Of a stretch of 64,000 bases of DNA, positions 1 to 13,000 are shown one piece after another. Positions within the stretch are counted from its first letter, which is position 1; every line of letters begins with the position of its first letter. The position numbers and the translations under genes were made by a program. The notes under the pieces are model-generated. The model made no database searches. It was not told where the DNA came from and was given only the letters and a program-made list of their open reading frames with translations. The stretch covers positions 11,718,001 to 11,782,000 of the forward strand of contig OZ316775.1 of assembly GCA_973851085.1 (NCBI GenBank), in the 5' to 3' direction. Source of the DNA: Ptychomitrium polyphyllum (taxonomy: Eukaryota).

Positions 1-80
1 GCCAATCCTCTACGTCGGACTATTTACTGCATCATGCACTGAACTGCTTCATACAAATGGACCAGCTAGCAGAAACTGAC

Positions 81-350
81 CAGAACAGCCTTGTGAGCGT
101 GCACCCCATCGCCATCTAAGCCTTGAAACTCAACGTCCACAAAAGAACCTTCCACATCAGCCCCAGCAAATATCTCTGCCTTCCATGAAACCAAGAAATC
201 GCGCTGCTGCTCTAGCTCCTTCACCTGCGCGCGTAGACTGGCCACGACTTCGGCCGCGGCTCTGGCTCTCACCTTCAAATTATCTCTCCGCTTTACAGTT
301 GAGGAATCCAACAGCAGCCCCACGTCAGTGACATCCCCTTTCATGGCCAT
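81..350 (-). CDS. BTB/POZ-domain protein, 5' coding exon (gene continues beyond the left edge of the window; start codon uncertain)
   Basis: The ORF 66..374 encodes a coiled-coil-like stretch (LRAQVKELEQQRDFL) followed by FVDVEFQGLDGDGVHAHKAVL, the typical start of a BTB domain (F-x-D-V ... AHKAVL). The frame hits a GTCAGT donor at 80 directly after AHKAVL. In-frame ATGs lie at 350 and 344. Confidence 0.7.
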
Positions 351-1081
351 GCCGGCTCTCCTACTCCTCACCACTCACGTCATACTCCCTTTAACCCGGA
401 GGCCCCATCTACAGAATTTGCTCGAGAAGAACCAGAAATCAAGCAAAGAAGCTCCAAACTCAGGATGGTGTCTGTGCAAGAAAATGGGAAGAGCTGCACT
501 TGCAACTGAAGAGGTATTAGAGACGACAGTTCTCAGTGAAATCAAGTGCTAATTTGTTGGTGGCCCCATCAGTTCATCACGGTTATTATAACAGACAGCT
601 GCCAAGAAGGGACATCTGGGTAGTGTACAGTGAATCCTCCAGACTTATTTAAGAAGCGTAACAATGAATGATGAACCAAGACGTCAAACCAACAACTGAG
701 TCACCGCCTTCTACATCACTGCGCATGACAGAACTACTTGATACTTATGGGGTAACTTGGCTGACGCTACCTCTCAGCGCTCTCGTACGTACACGGCCAT
801 GTATATTACATTGTCTTTCCTATTCGAAAGGGCGCCATCTCTAAAACGACATATGAACCAACATTTGGCGATTGACTCTAGAATCATGCAGTGACCTTGC
901 GAAATCATAAGGCATAAGTCACAACTCTTGAGAGCAGCGTTCTACTTAACACTCTCAAATAGTAATGAGCTTATGTGAAGAAACTTGCCCCGCCGTTTTG
1001 GTACCTCGAAGTTCATCGCGACCTTAATACACCGAAACAGATCCCCAGGAACCTGCCCAAAGCGGATAAGAACATTCGGCA

Positions 1082-1687
1082 ATGGCAGAGTACACTAATG
1101 TTGCAACTAGTGGCCACTGCTGTAATTGGGACAGGCCCATCCATGAAGGCTCGGACGTGGTCGTGTTCCGAGAGGGTGAAGTGCGACACTGCGCAAATAA
1201 TCCAGATTGGGTCACTCACGAGCAACTTAAGGGCATTCCATCGGAGCACCGGAAGCAGTTCCGAGAACAGAAGATTACGCAGTGGTTGGAAACGTCGGTA
1301 CCAAGAATCCATGGGGAAAATTTCAGGAACTATATAAAAAGATGCTATGCAGCTGCGGAGCTCGAATTGAAGCAAGCGAAGCGGATGCACATCGGCGATG
1401 AGTATATCCACGCTCTGGACAGGTTCGTTTTCCGCCTCTTCATGGGCTCCCGCTCCAAGCAAAGAGTAAAGGGCATCAGCTGGGGGATTGCCATCGAGGA
1501 GCTCATGCTGCAGTTGCTGCGAGAGGAGTGCTTGGAGCAATACGAGGATGGTTATTTGCAGCTGGAGAAGAGGTTGTGCCGCAACCCCACCGTTTTCCCC
1601 TGGCCGCCTAAGAAGAATATGGAGAATTTTGAGTTTACAAAAATCCCTCCTCAGTTGGAAACCATCACCAGAATGGATTCTCGCTGA
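1082..1687 (+). CDS. Intronless 201-aa protein of unknown function; paralog of the ORF at 1910-2536
   Basis: ATG in good context (gcaATGG) with an in-frame TAA 15 nt upstream. Residues 57-150 align without gaps to residues 68-161 of the 1910..2536 ORF (35/94 identical by hand count). Confidence 0.75.
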   Translation: MAEYTNVATSGHCCNWDRPIHEGSDVVVFREGEVRHCANNPDWVTHEQLKGIPSEHRKQFREQKITQWLETSVPRIHGENFRNYIKRCYAAAELELKQAKRMHIGDEYIHALDRFVFRLFMGSRSKQRVKGISWGIAIEELMLQLLREECLEQYEDGYLQLEKRLCRNPTVFPWPPKKNMENFEFTKIPPQLETITRMDSR

Positions 1688-1909
1688 TAATTGCTATCAC
1701 CTACTACACCTACAGCATCGACCCTCAACTCTCTCCACTTATTAAAACGATCTAAAGTAACTGTGATTTCAATGGAAGAAATGCTCTTCAATCCATACTG
1801 ACACGAGTAATCCCAAATACTAAGACTGATTACTAAGTTAGAATTGGCTTGCTCTTTTATTAAACAAGACAGTATTCTGGATACAAGGTTGTAAGAGAGA
1901 GTGGCTGCT

Positions 1910-2536
1910 TCATTTCCAAATGGTAGGATCCCCAATGCCTTCTCTATAATCGGTAGGATGGCTGGAGTCGATCTCCCTCTCCCAGGCCCTCTTGGATTTC
2001 CTAACACTCGACCGTGAATCTGTAAATTGGATATCCTGCTTAGTGAGCATGTCGCACTCTTCTCGGATCAGCTTGAAGAGCAATTGCTCCTCCTCCGTCT
2101 TCCATCCCACACCAGTTGCCCTCGATATTAATCTGAACCCTACAACAAAACGCATCACCCACCTATCCGTTATATCTTCGCATTCGTCACCGGTGATGGC
2201 TTTGTTAGCTCTGTTTAGGGCTAAATTAGCAGTAGAGTAGCATCGCTCTAAGAATGCATCAAACGTCTCCTTCGGCAGTCTATGAACCATGTCGGCTAGA
2301 ATTTCATGGATCTTCTTGTGGCGGTATTCCATGCGATCTTTACTCATGATCCAGTTGGAGTCTGACTCTCGTTGAACTCGTGGTGCGTTATCGGCGTGGG
2401 AATCTGGGCCATCTGGTTCTAACGCTTCGTAATCCTTCGTCCTCTCCATTCTCCTAATAACAAGCCCAGCGGGCTTCTGATTGTATAACGACTCTGTCAC
2501 CGGGTTAAACTTATCCTTCCGATTCATGTAAGACAT
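1910..2536 (-). CDS. Intronless 208-aa protein of unknown function; paralog of the ORF at 1082-1687
   Basis: Open 627-nt frame. It shares the motifs RCY, GDE, DR-x-V-x-R, G-x-x-W and REEC at identical spacing with the 1082..1687 ORF. Confidence 0.75.
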   Translation of the reverse strand: MSYMNRKDKFNPVTESLYNQKPAGLVIRRMERTKDYEALEPDGPDSHADNAPRVQRESDSNWIMSKDRMEYRHKKIHEILADMVHRLPKETFDAFLERCYSTANLALNRANKAITGDECEDITDRWVMRFVVGFRLISRATGVGWKTEEEQLLFKLIREECDMLTKQDIQFTDSRSSVRKSKRAWEREIDSSHPTDYREGIGDPTIWK

Positions 2537-3703
2537 ATTGGACGAGCCTGTATTATCTAAGTAGCGGGATGAGTAACTTACCTGCGGATGTCACCTCTTC
2601 AGAGGTAAGCTCAAATCACCTGTTCCCAAAGATGTCAAAAGCACAAGATTGTCAGTATCAGACAGCAGAGAGGAGAACCTCTACGACACACAGCATCGGA
2701 GTCTACAGTTCATTGCTTGAGCTGCCACCCTGACCAAAGCTCCCAACCACTTAATCCTGCGTTATTCTGCGCAAGTAGGAAGGGTTGTAAACAGAGAGGT
2801 TAGCAAACTGAAGCCGCGCTGCAAGCGAGCGAACTCCGTCCGCAAAGGTTGGACTTGTGCAAGGGCAGGATAAAGCTTCCACAAACCGGAAGGAGGGTAT
2901 ATAAGGAGCATCAGTCGCAGTGATAACCGTCGCGACTATTCGGCAGATCGTGTTCTCCTTGCGAAACCTCTTCGCTTTATCTAATTTGAAGCTTTGATTG
3001 GACCACCTGAAGTGAGACGGAAATTGTAGCGTATACAAATCTACCTGCAGGTAATATATGACTTGAAGGATACTAGTTCTGCGATGTCATTCGGATGTTG
3101 AATCGTTCCTAACTCCCATCCACTATCACTGCACATCCCTGAGTACAATAATGCTTGCCAGACCTACATCACACCTAGATTAAACAGAAGAAAAACAAAA
3201 GTACGATAAAACACGTACAAAGTTCCTGTAAGCTGCTTCAGTCATTGTAGGCCACATGTAAGGAAGAATAACCAGGGATGGTAACCTACAACAGCTAAGG
3301 TATAGGATAGATTAGTCATTCCTAGGGAGCCCCTTCTTCGAAATCAAAGAAGTCAGAATCCAATGAACTAAACTGAAAACTAGCATTGAAGCTTCATGCA
3401 GGTCGAAATTTCATCAGACATCCACTCTGGCGAAGGAATCAGACAAAAAAGTGAACAAATCTTGTGTCCACATACAATTTCTTGTACACACATCGTAGAA
3501 GACATACTGATTAAATTGCATTGAGAATATGCACACTCTTGAGAATGGAGTATGAAGAATACACCTAGTAGGCTGAATAAATTCCGACTTTAGACTGCCA
3601 CCTGAGTTGCCACATTCATCTTAAGGAATGAATATAGCAGAGTTTGATTAAATAAATGAAAGGTCAACAGGCGCTGAGGACTCTACAAGGATAGCAGCTA
3701 CGT

Positions 3704-4810
3704 TCACGGATAGGGAGACATGCCTACAGAGGGGCCATTACCCCGCCATGGTTCTGTCTCCCGAGCTTTCGAGATGAGAACGTAGTATAGCTCACTGAAA
3801 ACTGTAGTGAGGAAGGTAAAGGCAGCTCCAGCAGCAAATATACTTTTTCGGACTTCGCTGCATTTAACTTTCGGGCCGAAGTAACTGTAATAGCCTTTTG
3901 TCTGAATCTTGTTCTGAGCGGCACCTGCAATAAGAGCTGAAGCAGCTACAACAAAGCAGAACCTGCAGCCAAAACATACACAACTTACCCATGAAATTAA
4001 ACCAACGTCTTAACATAAAATACTGCCGTATGTACTGGAAACTCAGCTACCAAATTGAGAAAATTAATCCATTCTATATAGGTTGTGCGACATACCAAGA
4101 TAGTAGAAACATCAGAACACCAAACGTCTTAGCACCTCCGGGCTTCACGCCACTTCCACAGCATAGGCAGCGTGTCGCTAGCATGATAATTATCTGAGAG
4201 AGCATCAAGAATATGAACGCTCCCGCAGCCAATCCGGTTGATATATCAGAAGTGTACTCGCACCTCAGCAGGTTAGTTTTGGGGTCGATTGCAGACGCAC
4301 TGGCCTGGAAAAAGAAAACAAACGACACACGATGGACGCAGCTGTTACTAATCGTCAGTTCTTGACGAAACGCTAAGATATATCAGATGACAAGGAGTAA
4401 AGTCATATATCAAAGTCAAGCAGCAAGCATAATTGCTAGGCACGAATACAAAGTAGGGCATCACGACAACAATGAACCAAATGTTTTCAAGATAGATAGC
4501 CCTTAAGAAGTTGGTGCTCAGAAGGCCAAACGTGTTGGACAAAAGCACGACAACCAGTTGACAAAACTAACCACCAATCCTCGCCAAGTCAATGTTTTGA
4601 AGTCATGACAACAATTGCTTTGAGATTATAATATATGATGAAAAGAGGATTGGAATCACGCCCAAAAACAGCTGGTGAACAAGGTATGAACAAAAATAGC
4701 TGGTGAAAGGAATAGCTTACCCTGCTTCGTTTCTCAATGGCTCCAATTGCAAGGCCAAAAGCGATGATATAAAATAATAGAGTAACGCCAAGAACGAGGA
4801 CTTTCGCCAT
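3704..4810 (-). CDS. DUF1218 family (MWL/Fb34-like) small multi-pass membrane protein, 185 aa, 3 coding exons
   Basis: Exons 4810-4721, 4304-4096 and 3962-3704 join in frame via GT-AG introns (558 nt). The product MAKVLVLGVTLLFYIIAFGLAIGAIEKRSR/ASASA..CEYTSDISTGLAAGAFIFL..RCLCCG..LLSW/FCFVVAASALIAGAAQN..C..RKSIFAAGAAF..ELYY shows the DUF1218 motif pattern. A 5'UTR intron is likely (acceptor 4830, candidate donors 5920 or 5614). Confidence 0.88.
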
Positions 4811-6999
4811 TTTCGCCTAAATGGTCCTCCTGTAAAACAATTAAATGAACATAAGTGTTGTACAACGAAAGGCGTATACGAAACAGCTCGTTGTGATACC
4901 TTAGCTTAAAGGTAAATAGGAGCCAGAAAAGCTCATCATCATCAACGTGAAAGCAGATTGACCACTCCATCCCGTTTATGGTGCCAAAGGGACTCTGCAC
5001 GGTAAAATTGACAGGGGATACTACCCTACTTCAATCTAAGATTAAAGTTCCACAATGTGTGCCAGATCTGGCCGCTTAGAATTCGATAATACATCATCAT
5101 TGTCCCAGAGTTTATTTACTAACGTGCAAAATAAAGAAAAGGCACTTAATTGCCATAATTAAACCACGGATTTAGACCCAAGCACACACAGAATCGGAAG
5201 AGCATAACTGAAAAAATACATTTCACGAGAAGAGGGCTAATGCGTTCTTCGAATTATTTATAGCTCAAAAACCAACATCCGTGTAAATTCTGAGAGCACT
5301 AAGTTGTCAGTGACAACACCATTCTGCAGGGAGTGGAGTTCACTGCCGAAATGAATTGTAACCTCACATTTACGCGCAGCTGCTGAATCAGAAAGGAGGA
5401 ATGAACATGAACTTCGCCACAACACCTTATCTATATCCTATAACTCGGGCACAGTCACATTACCTACGGATTCACACAATGCGAGTGCAGACGAGATGAT
5501 TTAAGAGAGTCGACTCGGCCGACATCTACTGAAAGGAATGAGGTTGCGAAAAAAAAAACTGAAATTTCAATTTTAATTTTTGAAATACTTCTAGGAAATT
5601 CGAACATTCCCTACCTCTCCGTCCAGATCGACCAGTAACGAAGGCATTTCCACGGTATAGAACTAACCTCCAACACTAAGACACGATTCAACTAATGATC
5701 TCCACTACCAGACGAGGTTCCACACGCAAGATGCTCACTGACAGAAAACAGAGCCCGAGCGCCCTTCGCCACCGAACCAAAACCACTCGCATTCTCTCAG
5801 ACAGACAACGCTGGGCGCGTCAAAAAGAAACACACGCCGTAACACCGAGAACCTTAAGAACCTCAGATCCACGAAGTTCGCGAGCAATCGACCAATGCAG
5901 GGCTGCAAGAGAAAACTTACAACCAGTGAGAGGTTCGAAGCAGCAAGGGCAAGCAACTAAGCAAAATGCAGATCGGATCAAAGCAACGAACGCAAAGAAG
6001 ACGGCGACCGTAAGCGCAAGTGACGATAGCCAAGAGTAATGAGCTTGTGGAAGACTCGGAGGCAAGCCGAGCAGAAACTCTTACTCGCCCTCGCGCCCTT
6101 GCCTACGCTGGATCACAACGGTAACGTGCACGGAGATTGATGCTATGGCACCTTGCGCGAGGGTGCATGAACACCTCCCCGGAAGGCGCACGATTTCAAA
6201 CACAGGTGATTCTCTCATCTCTCATCTCTCATTCACAGCACCAACGAACGATCCTCTCTGGGATGCTTACTCAAACCCAGCGCTTTATCCGAAACCGGCA
6301 TCATCTACATCTCGCGCACATTTTACTTTCTGAAGTTTGCGAATCGTGTAGATTATGTCGAGTTTCGTGAGGTGATGCTCTTCTTCGTGCATCTAAGACG
6401 GACATTCTCTACGTGCAGTTCAGACTTCGTGAAGTGCAATGTATGCCGGTGTTAGAGGATGGTGCTGTTGGATGCAGTAACGGTTTTGGGCACGCGTCCA
6501 TTACATACGCTCGTTGACATGGAGACTAACTCACGACACCAGTTTACAACGCAGTAGTTTTATTCGTTTTGCGAGCGCCTTCGCAACACCCGGTTATTAC
6601 ATCAGTTTAGAACGGGTATCGGTTCCGAGTCATCGAAGTATCGTGTTGGTATCGGTCAAGAAGTGGATTTGGAAATTTAGCTGCCACTCGCTGTTGCATT
6701 GTCCGCTTTCTGTTCTTTCGCCTTCCTGGGCTGTGCGGTGCGCTATTTCTGGCATAGTCCTCATCACTTAGGATTTCAATTATCGGCAAGACGTCTGAAA
6801 TTTGAACTTTGAATCTTGCAGGGTTGTGAGCTTTGATTAGGCGTTTGACGGACTAAGAAAATTGTTATTCCTGGGGCTATCACGATATGGAGATCTAGTC
6901 ATTGGTGGCTTGTGAATGGTGTTCTGACTAACCTTTTATACTTCATTTGAAGTCGTGCTGAAGTTGTGCGGAAGTTGCGTCGTGCTGGAGGCTTTATGT

Positions 7000-8163
7000 T
7001 TCATGGTCTAGATAGGTATGAGTGAAGTATGTGATTCACGTCTTTTGACAATGGGAAAACCATTTAGGTTGTGCAAAGGATATCGTTTAACTCCACGAGC
7101 ACATTTTAGAAGGTGGTTGGGTTGGTAATAATATGTTATACTCTAGATCGATCAATTGCTAATTGCTTGTTAAATATGAATTTTTTTATAATGCCTTCTA
7201 AACTTATTAATATGTTATTGTTTTCTTTTGTAAGGCAATTAAGTGATGGAATATTGTGGTTTTTTCTAAAAACTTCTATAAAAAAAATTGGAATTATTTT
7301 GTATAATTTTCTATATTTAGCAAAAGTTTTTCTAACATATTGCATGCTATGTGTAGTGGTTGTATATTGAGCTTAGTTATTGGTAATTTTTTGTTATATT
7401 TGATATTTTAACAATCTATTGAATGCATGGTAAGTTTTTTTCAGCAAAGAAATGGTTTGAATATGTGAATTAGAATAGTTCTTTTATGATTGCATAAGTA
7501 ATCAAATTTGGAATATTTTTGTTGAGTTAATAGTCTTATCAATGATATAGTATATAATGAAATAACTATTTTATGGTTTTGTAGCTTTTTAAAGAACAAG
7601 GCATCTTATTGGACAATTCTTTGAATGAAAAATGGTATTGATGGTGCATTATAAGTGCTACAAATTATATTAAATATATTTTGGATGAATTTATATGAAG
7701 AAGTCTATGCTTCTTACTATTGTGCTTTGCTTAATTATTCATGTGTTTGAATCAATATAGCACAATGATTGAATTGCATTGAATTTCCTTCAAAGAATTA
7801 TGTTACATTGTTACTTATGTTGTCTTTAAATATGGAATTTAATATTTTGGAGCTATTTTTTATTGTAGAGGTTGTGGCCTAGCAAATAATGAGTTTAAAA
7901 GAATACGTAGATATATAAGATAATGCTTGAAGTTAAAATTAAAATTAGTTTTTGTTTTGGGGCGTATAAATTATCATTTGGTATTTTAAAAAAGAATCCA
8001 TCTATAATACTAATGTTTGCAAAATGATGGTTTTTTCTCTAAAAAACTATGAATAAGTAGAAATATAGATTATTTGGATATTATTCATAGATGTTTATTG
8101 TTGGTAGTGTTTTAATTGTAGCAAAGTTGAATTGTACTTTTTTTTTCTCTTAAATACAACAAA

Positions 8164-8228
<65 letters not shown>

Positions 8229-11200
8229 TATTTAGGGTGTACATTAATTTGTTGGATTATAATAAGTTTCATGGTAGAAATATAATTAATAGCATCTTTG
8301 TAAAAAAACATGAAAGGTTTATAATTATCCAAATTTGGAGTAGCACTGAGGATACATACAATTTGGAAGTAGAATTAAATGTATGCAACTGTAGGGACTT
8401 TTATGAAGTTAATAAGATATATGTGTTTAATATGGATAAATACAAGTAATTACCTTTAACAAGTACATATGTAATTTTCTATTAAACACATCTAATTAAA
8501 ACATATGTATTATTGAAGATTGTTTTATAATGCAAAAAAAAATTTGGATATATTTTGTAAACTTTGTTGTTATAAGATTAATTTCCAAATAATTATTGCA
8601 TTTGTAATTATCAATGGTTATACTTTTTAAAAATGATACAAAAATATTTAGTAGTGCAAGAAAAAATTGGAAGGAAGAAAGGATTGTATTTATTCTATTA
8701 GTAATCTGTAGCATCTAGTAATACTCTATAGCATCTATGTGCTTAAATTATAAGTTTTTTCTAAAAGGTATAAAAATAATTATTTATAAGAATGGAATAA
8801 TTAGAAATTCATTTTTGATGTATATAATTATATAAATTCATACATAATTTTATATATGGTATTAGATGAATTAATAATATCTTCATGTATATTTTAAATT
8901 ACATGTAGGAATGTTGAACGTTTTGTGTTTATTTAAAGGACTAAGTCTTCTAACTAATTTATTTAATAGATTGTAATCTTATTGAAAAAACTTATAATCA
9001 CATATACCAAAATACATACCATCCATCCAAAAGATTTTTCTATGTTCTAATCATTGCCATCAATTCATCAATGAAAATATGTAACAATTATATGAGACAT
9101 ATTTTTAAATAGATTTCAAGTTTGTATTTTCTATTAATTTAATTTCACTTACTGTTTGATTTTTGGCTTGGTTTTGGACTTGATCTTTGTTTTGGATGTC
9201 CGTATTAGAAATACTATATGTTTAATATATATTTTTTGGATTTTATTAATATAAAATTAAACAATGTGCGGTAAAAAGAGCTAATAATTAATTTGACAAA
9301 TCAGTGTTAGAGTTTTTTGTGAATTTGATGAATTGTATAATGACACTTGTTACAACTTTGAAATTACATGGCTATATTACGATTATATATCTACGTAGAA
9401 AGTTAATGAGTCTCAAAATGAATACAATTTTTTACTTTTGAATCTTTTTTTATCAAGTTTGAAGATGAATGGTTACAAACCTTAGAGGAGTTGAAAAGCA
9501 TCAACTCAAAGGTATTTCAATTGTAACTTGATAATCTCCACCCAATTTTTTCTTCCATACATGAACTTGGTTGCAATGGACTTTCCTATTTCACCTCTAA
9601 AATCAATCTTCACGTGTGTAAGTTTTTGAATTATTAATCCAATGATCAATACTTTGGATCACATCTCTTGTTTTAATTTAAAGCATATTACAATTTTATA
9701 AAATGGTGGAAAGCCATGAATATCTATTTTTACTTTAGAAGGAATTTGAATAAAATTAAAGAACCAACCATCGTTTTTTTTCCTGCTTTAGTCACAAATG
9801 AAAATGACAACATTGAATCTGGCACTCTAATGATTCTTTTTAGCTTATGTCTTTTAATATTAAAGTGCTTATTCTTTTATTTTTGTCTATAAAAAGCTTT
9901 TTTATGTTTTTATTAATTTAAAGCATGAAATTATAACAAAAAAGAAGGAAGGCGTTTTTGCATTAAACAAGAGATGACCTTTGCTTTCATTTAATTTTAA
10001 AAATCTTGAAAAAAAATTAAAATGTATATAAGATAATATACTATCTACTTCAACTTCATATGTAAGATTCATGTGTAACTTGTGTTTTAAGAAGGTAGCC
10101 TAAGAATTTGTTATTTTGTAAAAACTTCAAATATCAAGGAAAACCATTGGTATGTAGTTTTTTTCTTTAGCTACATAATCACCTCAATTTTACAAGTACA
10201 TGTTTAAAACTTAATAGGATGTGGATTTTTTGCAAATTAATTAAAATTTTTAAACCAAATTCTATACAACTTCATGAATCCATATACTTATATGTGGTAA
10301 TTAAGAATACATATCTTTATCTAGAATTTTTTTTTTTCATGCATTTTCTTTAGAATTATTTATATTTGTAAAGTAAATTCAATTGTTGACAATATTAAGG
10401 ATAGCATTAGTAATTGAAAAGCAAAAGTTATTTTGTTATCTACAATGGTGTATATCATAGTGTATTGTATTAAATTTACTAAACTAATGATAAATATAAA
10501 AAGTTCAAAAAGACAATAATTATTAGATTTTGAAATTGCCATCATTCCTTTCTTAATATGATTAGTATCTTTTTTTTAATAAAAAATTATGTAACAAGTT
10601 GGAATATTGAATATGACTTATTTGCTAACAATTATCTTTTGATATGAAAAATCATAAAACATACATATATTTAGAGCAATATCTTATTTAAAGTATTTAC
10701 TATAATACACAAATATCTTTTATAATAAGCCTTTGTAATTTGTAGAAAATCTAATTGAATTATATAAAAAAAATTGTGAAGCAAGAAAGAACTTCATTTC
10801 TTGATTGAATAAAGAAGCAACTATACCTTAATTATGTTTTAATTATTAATAGCGAATTTACTACTCTTGTCTTTTAATTGCCAATTCTTGTGTTCTTCAC
10901 AGTTTCTATTCTTGCATTGCATCCACTAATGCATTTTTTTGCCTTGATTTCAACGTTATGTTAGTGTGATTAGGTCACAACTTCATATTAATCATCACAT
11001 TTTTAATTTTTTTCTACACTGTAGCCATAGTTCTTAGTTACATGTGGTGGCTTCTTCGCTCATTTTTTTAATCTTGCACATTTGTTAATATTTTTCTTGT
11101 TTAATAGCCTATTTCTGGTTCAATTTTTCTTTATTTTTAATTTTGTGCAATATTATGGCCTGTGTTTGCTTCCACCAGTTTTTTACTCTTAAATTATTGC

Positions 11201-13000
11201 TTTAATGTGGTAGCATAACTTTGTCTTCGGCTTGTATTTAGTATTTTTTTTACAATTATCTTCAATATAGTGGCTTAACTTGGTTTTAGTCTTGCAATTT
11301 GTCTTGATTCCAAACTCAAAATTTACATTCATGCTCATTTTGCTATTTATTGTAATTTATTCTAATATTATTTAAAACTTTTTTTTGTCTTCCAATGCCT
11401 TTGTCTTCCAATGTTAATTAAGGTTTTTTGGCAAAGTTTATAAAAACTATTATATACAAATTTGTAATTTGTAGAATCTTGTTTTAGTATTTATAAACAA
11501 CTTTGCTTCATTTGAAAGAAGGCATGGTGTCTTATTTGTCAAATTTGTCATAATACATGGATTAGAATCAACTATTGAACACTTCAAAATGTTTGAAATT
11601 TTCAAAAGTTTTTCAAAAGAAAAAATTATAAAATATAATTAACATTGTATATGAAGTGTTTATTTTTATAAACCAAGAACATAGATGAATATTGTGGCTT
11701 TGATTGATTTTCATACCCTCCAAAATAATTTTCATGCAATAACTTATATTAGGTGAATTATAAAGCTTTATCATTTAAGTTCAAGCTTGACATCCAATAT
11801 TTTAAAATAAATGGTATTATTTGTCCAAATTCTTGAGAATTCAAATTTTGAATGCATTAAGAAGTGTATTGATTAACATTGATGCATAAGTCAAGTACTA
11901 TTTGCTTATAGCATGCCTTCAATGTTATTAGCGCTTTTTAGAAATTATTTGCTATATCCAAAATGCTTAGCATTAAGATTATAAAAGCATATATAGCATA
12001 ATTTGAATATGTGCCAAGCTTCATGGAATGGTTGAGACATTTCAATTAAATACAATTTAGAGACAAAATTTCATTAGGAACAGTTATGGAAATACATGGA
12101 AATGAATAATTACAAAAATAAAAATCCAAGGCAACAAAAAAGTTTAGAATCAATAATCACGAAGATTGATACAACTAAAAATTCTCATTTTTTTGTATGG
12201 TTTTACTTTATATAATATATAAAAGTAAAAAATAATAGTTAATAATCCATGGTCATTTATGGTTATAAACATTTTTTTCACTTTAAGGTTATTTAAAGTT
12301 TTATAAAAATACTGCAAATAATTTTTCTCACGCAAGCAAGTGTTCATCTTTGAGTCACACAATTACTTTATCCACTTTACTTGTTGATATGAGATTTTTT
12401 TGTTCTAGTTGTTAACAAAAATGTTTAATAAAAAACAATATGAAAATGTTTTGGAAGGAAGGTTTGTATGAGAGGACATTGGAATGATTACCATATATAC
12501 ATGGCAATTAATATTTTTTTAAGGTGGTAATTTCCAAGTGCTAGATGTTTTGTGTGACCCATAGATATGTTCATTTAATTATTGATACCAATTTTGTATT
12601 GATCAGTTTTGAGTATTTTGTTTGGTTGAAGAAGTGATAAATAATTCTCGCCATTGAGCTTTTGGACATATGGTACATGTTTTGCTCTTTAATGGCTTCA
12701 AATTATCTTATTGCTTGTATCTTTGCACATTTTCTAAATCCTAAAGTAATTCATTCATTTTTATTAAAAAAATAAGAACTTTTCTTTTTAACAAATTTGG
12801 TTGCACATAGATAGCATATTTTGTGGTGTTCTTTTTAGTCTTCTTTTGAATCTGTCAAATTGCAATGATAAAAATAAATTTGAGTAAACTTGGTTAGATG
12901 TGCATGGTCTTGAGGTTGATTTAGATATTAGGAGTGAAAAAGGTAGATGCTATTACTTGATTAAAAATGAATAAGGGTTAATATTATGATCTTGGCAATT
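7000..13000. other. Very AT-rich intergenic block, probably decayed transposon-derived DNA
   Basis: Abrupt drop in GC relative to the flanking genes, CpG scarcity and no credible ORFs. No diagnostic TE protein motif or termini were recognised. Boundaries are approximate. Confidence 0.4.
8167..8225. repeat. (TA)n microsatellite, ~29 units
   Basis: Uninterrupted TATA run seen directly. Confidence 0.97.

Noticed and set aside
1013..1540. 175-aa minus-strand ORF overlapping the 1082-1687 ORF
   Set aside because: Antisense shadow of the + ORF, which is the frame supported by paralogy. It has no recognisable motifs.
2548..3050. Possible upstream exons and the 95-aa ORF (2751-3038) for the 1910-2536 gene
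   Set aside because: The obvious donor/acceptor pair (2581/2548) gives only a 34-nt intron, and the ORF has no ATG start or recognisable domain. No consistent model could be built.
5695..6065. ORFs of 73-114 aa on both strands
   Set aside because: They coincide with the likely 5'UTR and first intron of the DUF1218 gene and show no protein-like features.
8132..8449. 105-aa ORF with YIYIYI repeat
   Set aside because: Artefact of the (TA)n microsatellite.
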